DNA of 57,196 nucleotides, from the NCBI GenBank assembly GCA_025055335.1, contig JANWXJ010000255.1, forward strand, positions 1 to 57,196, written 5' to 3'. The notes under the pieces are model-generated. The model was given only the letters and a program-made list of their open reading frames with translations, had not been told where the DNA came from and did no database searches. Each line of letters opens with the position of its first letter. Position 1 is the first letter of the stretch. The stretch is from Acetobacteraceae bacterium. GTDB lineage: Bacteria; Pseudomonadota; Alphaproteobacteria; Acetobacterales; Acetobacteraceae. This document shows, in pieces, positions 56,119-57,196 of the stretch. The translations under genes and the position numbers were made by a program.

Positions 56119-56886
56119 ATGCCCCAGCCCCCGGAACCGGCGCGGATCTGCGGCGCGGCCGCCGTGGCCGCACTCTTCGCCCGCCGCCCCGCCACCATCC
56201 TGCGCCTGTTCTTCACCGCGGCCCGGCGCGCCGAGGCCGGGCCGATCTGCGCCGCACTCGCCAGGGCGCGGAAACCCTACCGGGAAGTGCCGCCCGAAGA
56301 ACTCGCCCGAATCGCCGGCACCCCGCATCATGGCGGGATCTGCGCCATCGCCCTCCCGCGCGTCGTGCCCAGCCTGCCCTGGCCGCCGCCGCCCGCCCTC
56401 TCGGCCGCCCCGGTGCTGCCGGTGCTGCACGCCGTCGGCAACCCGCACAACCTCGGGGCCATCGCCCGCTCGGCGGCGTTCTTCGGCTGCAAGGCGCTGC
56501 TCCTCTCCCCCGATCCGCGCGGCGCGGGGCCGACCGATTCGGCGCATCGCGTGGCCGAAGGCGGGCTCGATCTGCTCGATCTCTATCGCGCGCCGGAGTG
56601 GCCAGGGGTGCTGCGCGGGCTTGCGCGGACGCACCTGACGCTCGCCGCGGTCGCCGAGGGGGGCGAGCCGCCGGAGGCGATCCCCGCCGGGCGGCCGGTC
56701 GCGCTCGTGCTCGGCAACGAGGAGGAGGGGCTCGATCGCGCCACCATCGCCGCCTGCGCCCGGCGCGTCACGCTCGCCCGGCGCGGGCCCGTGCAGTCGC
56801 TGAACGTGGCGCAGGCGGCGGCGGTGCTGATCCACGCGCTGCTGCCGCCGCCGCGGTTGCGAAGCGCCCCGGCCCCGGCCACCTGA
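56119..56886 (+). CDS. TrmH/SpoU-family RNA 2'-O-methyltransferase
   Basis: Last 255 aa of track ORF 55690..56886. NPHNLGAIARSAAFFG, LVLGNEEEGL, SLNVAQAAAVL. Confidence 0.82.
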   Translation: MPQPPEPARICGAAAVAALFARRPATILRLFFTAARRAEAGPICAALARARKPYREVPPEELARIAGTPHHGGICAIALPRVVPSLPWPPPPALSAAPVLPVLHAVGNPHNLGAIARSAAFFGCKALLLSPDPRGAGPTDSAHRVAEGGLDLLDLYRAPEWPGVLRGLARTHLTLAAVAEGGEPPEAIPAGRPVALVLGNEEEGLDRATIAACARRVTLARRGPVQSLNVAQAAAVLIHALLPPPRLRSAPAPAT

Positions 56887-56891
56887 TCGGG

Positions 56892-57196
56892 ATGGACGCC
56901 GCCTCCCCGGCCGCCTTCCAGCGGGAAGGCAAGACCCTCCGCCTCTCCGGCCGGCTCGACACCGCGGCCGCCGCCCGCCTGTGGCGCCCGCTGACCGAGG
57001 CGGCGAAGGACGCCGAGGCGCTCGACCTCTCCGGCCTGATCCATCTCGACACCACAGGCGCCACGCTGGTGCTGCAGGCCGCCGCCCATGGCGCGCGGAT
57101 CGAGGGTGCCGGCCCGCGGATCGCCACGGTGCTGCGGCGCGTGCAGGCGGCGCTCGCGGCGCCCGCCCCGCCGCCCCCGCCGCCGCCGCTCTCGCC
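56892..57196 (+). CDS. STAS-like N-terminal domain, probably the start of an MlaE-family ABC permease; runs off the right edge
   Basis: Not in the track because it has no stop. ATG 56892 gives MDAASPAAFQREGKTLRLSGRLDTAAAARLWRPL...LDLSGLIHLDTTGATLVL, an anti-sigma-antagonist-like pattern. Only about 100 aa are visible. Confidence 0.4.
   Translation, partial: MDAASPAAFQREGKTLRLSGRLDTAAAARLWRPLTEAAKDAEALDLSGLIHLDTTGATLVLQAAAHGARIEGAGPRIATVLRRVQAALAAPAPPPPPPPLS

Noticed and set aside
53543-56173. Upstream 877 codons of the 1186-aa minus-strand ORF 52613..56173
   Set aside because: Only the last 309 codons (the HDAC family protein) look real. The rest is antisense to the tusA-divergent ROK kinase, dinB and the trmH-family gene, and has junk composition.
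1-57196. Searched by eye for rRNA, tRNA cloverleafs, CRISPR repeat-spacer periodicity, IS terminal inverted repeats, integrase/transposase ORFs and prophage blocks
   Set aside because: None were found. All intergenic gaps are 316 nt or shorter, and none shows tRNA-like or repeat-array structure. A tRNAscan/Infernal run would be the decisive check.

Overview
This is a 57.2-kb chromosomal segment that is very GC-rich by eye and densely coding. Its gene order looks alphaproteobacterial (rpoZ-spoT-acpS-lepB-rnc-era-recO; xseB-ispA-dxs-tlyA). I support 57 protein-coding genes, two of them cut by the window edges and so absent from the ORF track. I also support one TPP riboswitch, one repeated operator-like motif and one weak intergenic hairpin. 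I saw no rRNA, tRNA, CRISPR array, transposase, integrase or prophage block. Most of the very long ORFs in the track are antisense or off-frame artefacts of the GC content. The centre of the window (about 20.6-36.1 kb) is a formate dehydrogenase (FDH) / molybdenum cofactor island. In it, fdhD-mobA-small ORF converge on a 12-gene minus-strand string. That string starts with five translationally coupled genes of unknown function: a biotin/lipoate-ligase-like protein lacking the catalytic lysine, two uncharacterised proteins, a DUF3305-like and a DUF3306-like protein. It ends with a TorD-like chaperone, a tiny Tat peptide, a Tat-exported Cys-type FDH alpha, an FeS beta, a cytochrome b gamma, mobB and moeA. 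Divergent from the string is a 685-aa polyferredoxin whose stop codon abuts a LysR regulator, followed by an SbtA-like permease. The five-gene module plus the polyferredoxin is the best candidate for undescribed biology here. Other points worth a second look:
- a TPP riboswitch whose P1 stem contains the thiZ start codon;
- four copies of ATCCTGCG in the lrp-dadA divergent promoter;
- an orphan 398-aa protein after aroC;
- an APH/P-loop kinase fusion coupled to pdxH;
- a soluble chemoreceptor with a zinc-binding (CZB) domain.
All family assignments come from reading motifs by eye and from memory. No searches were run.
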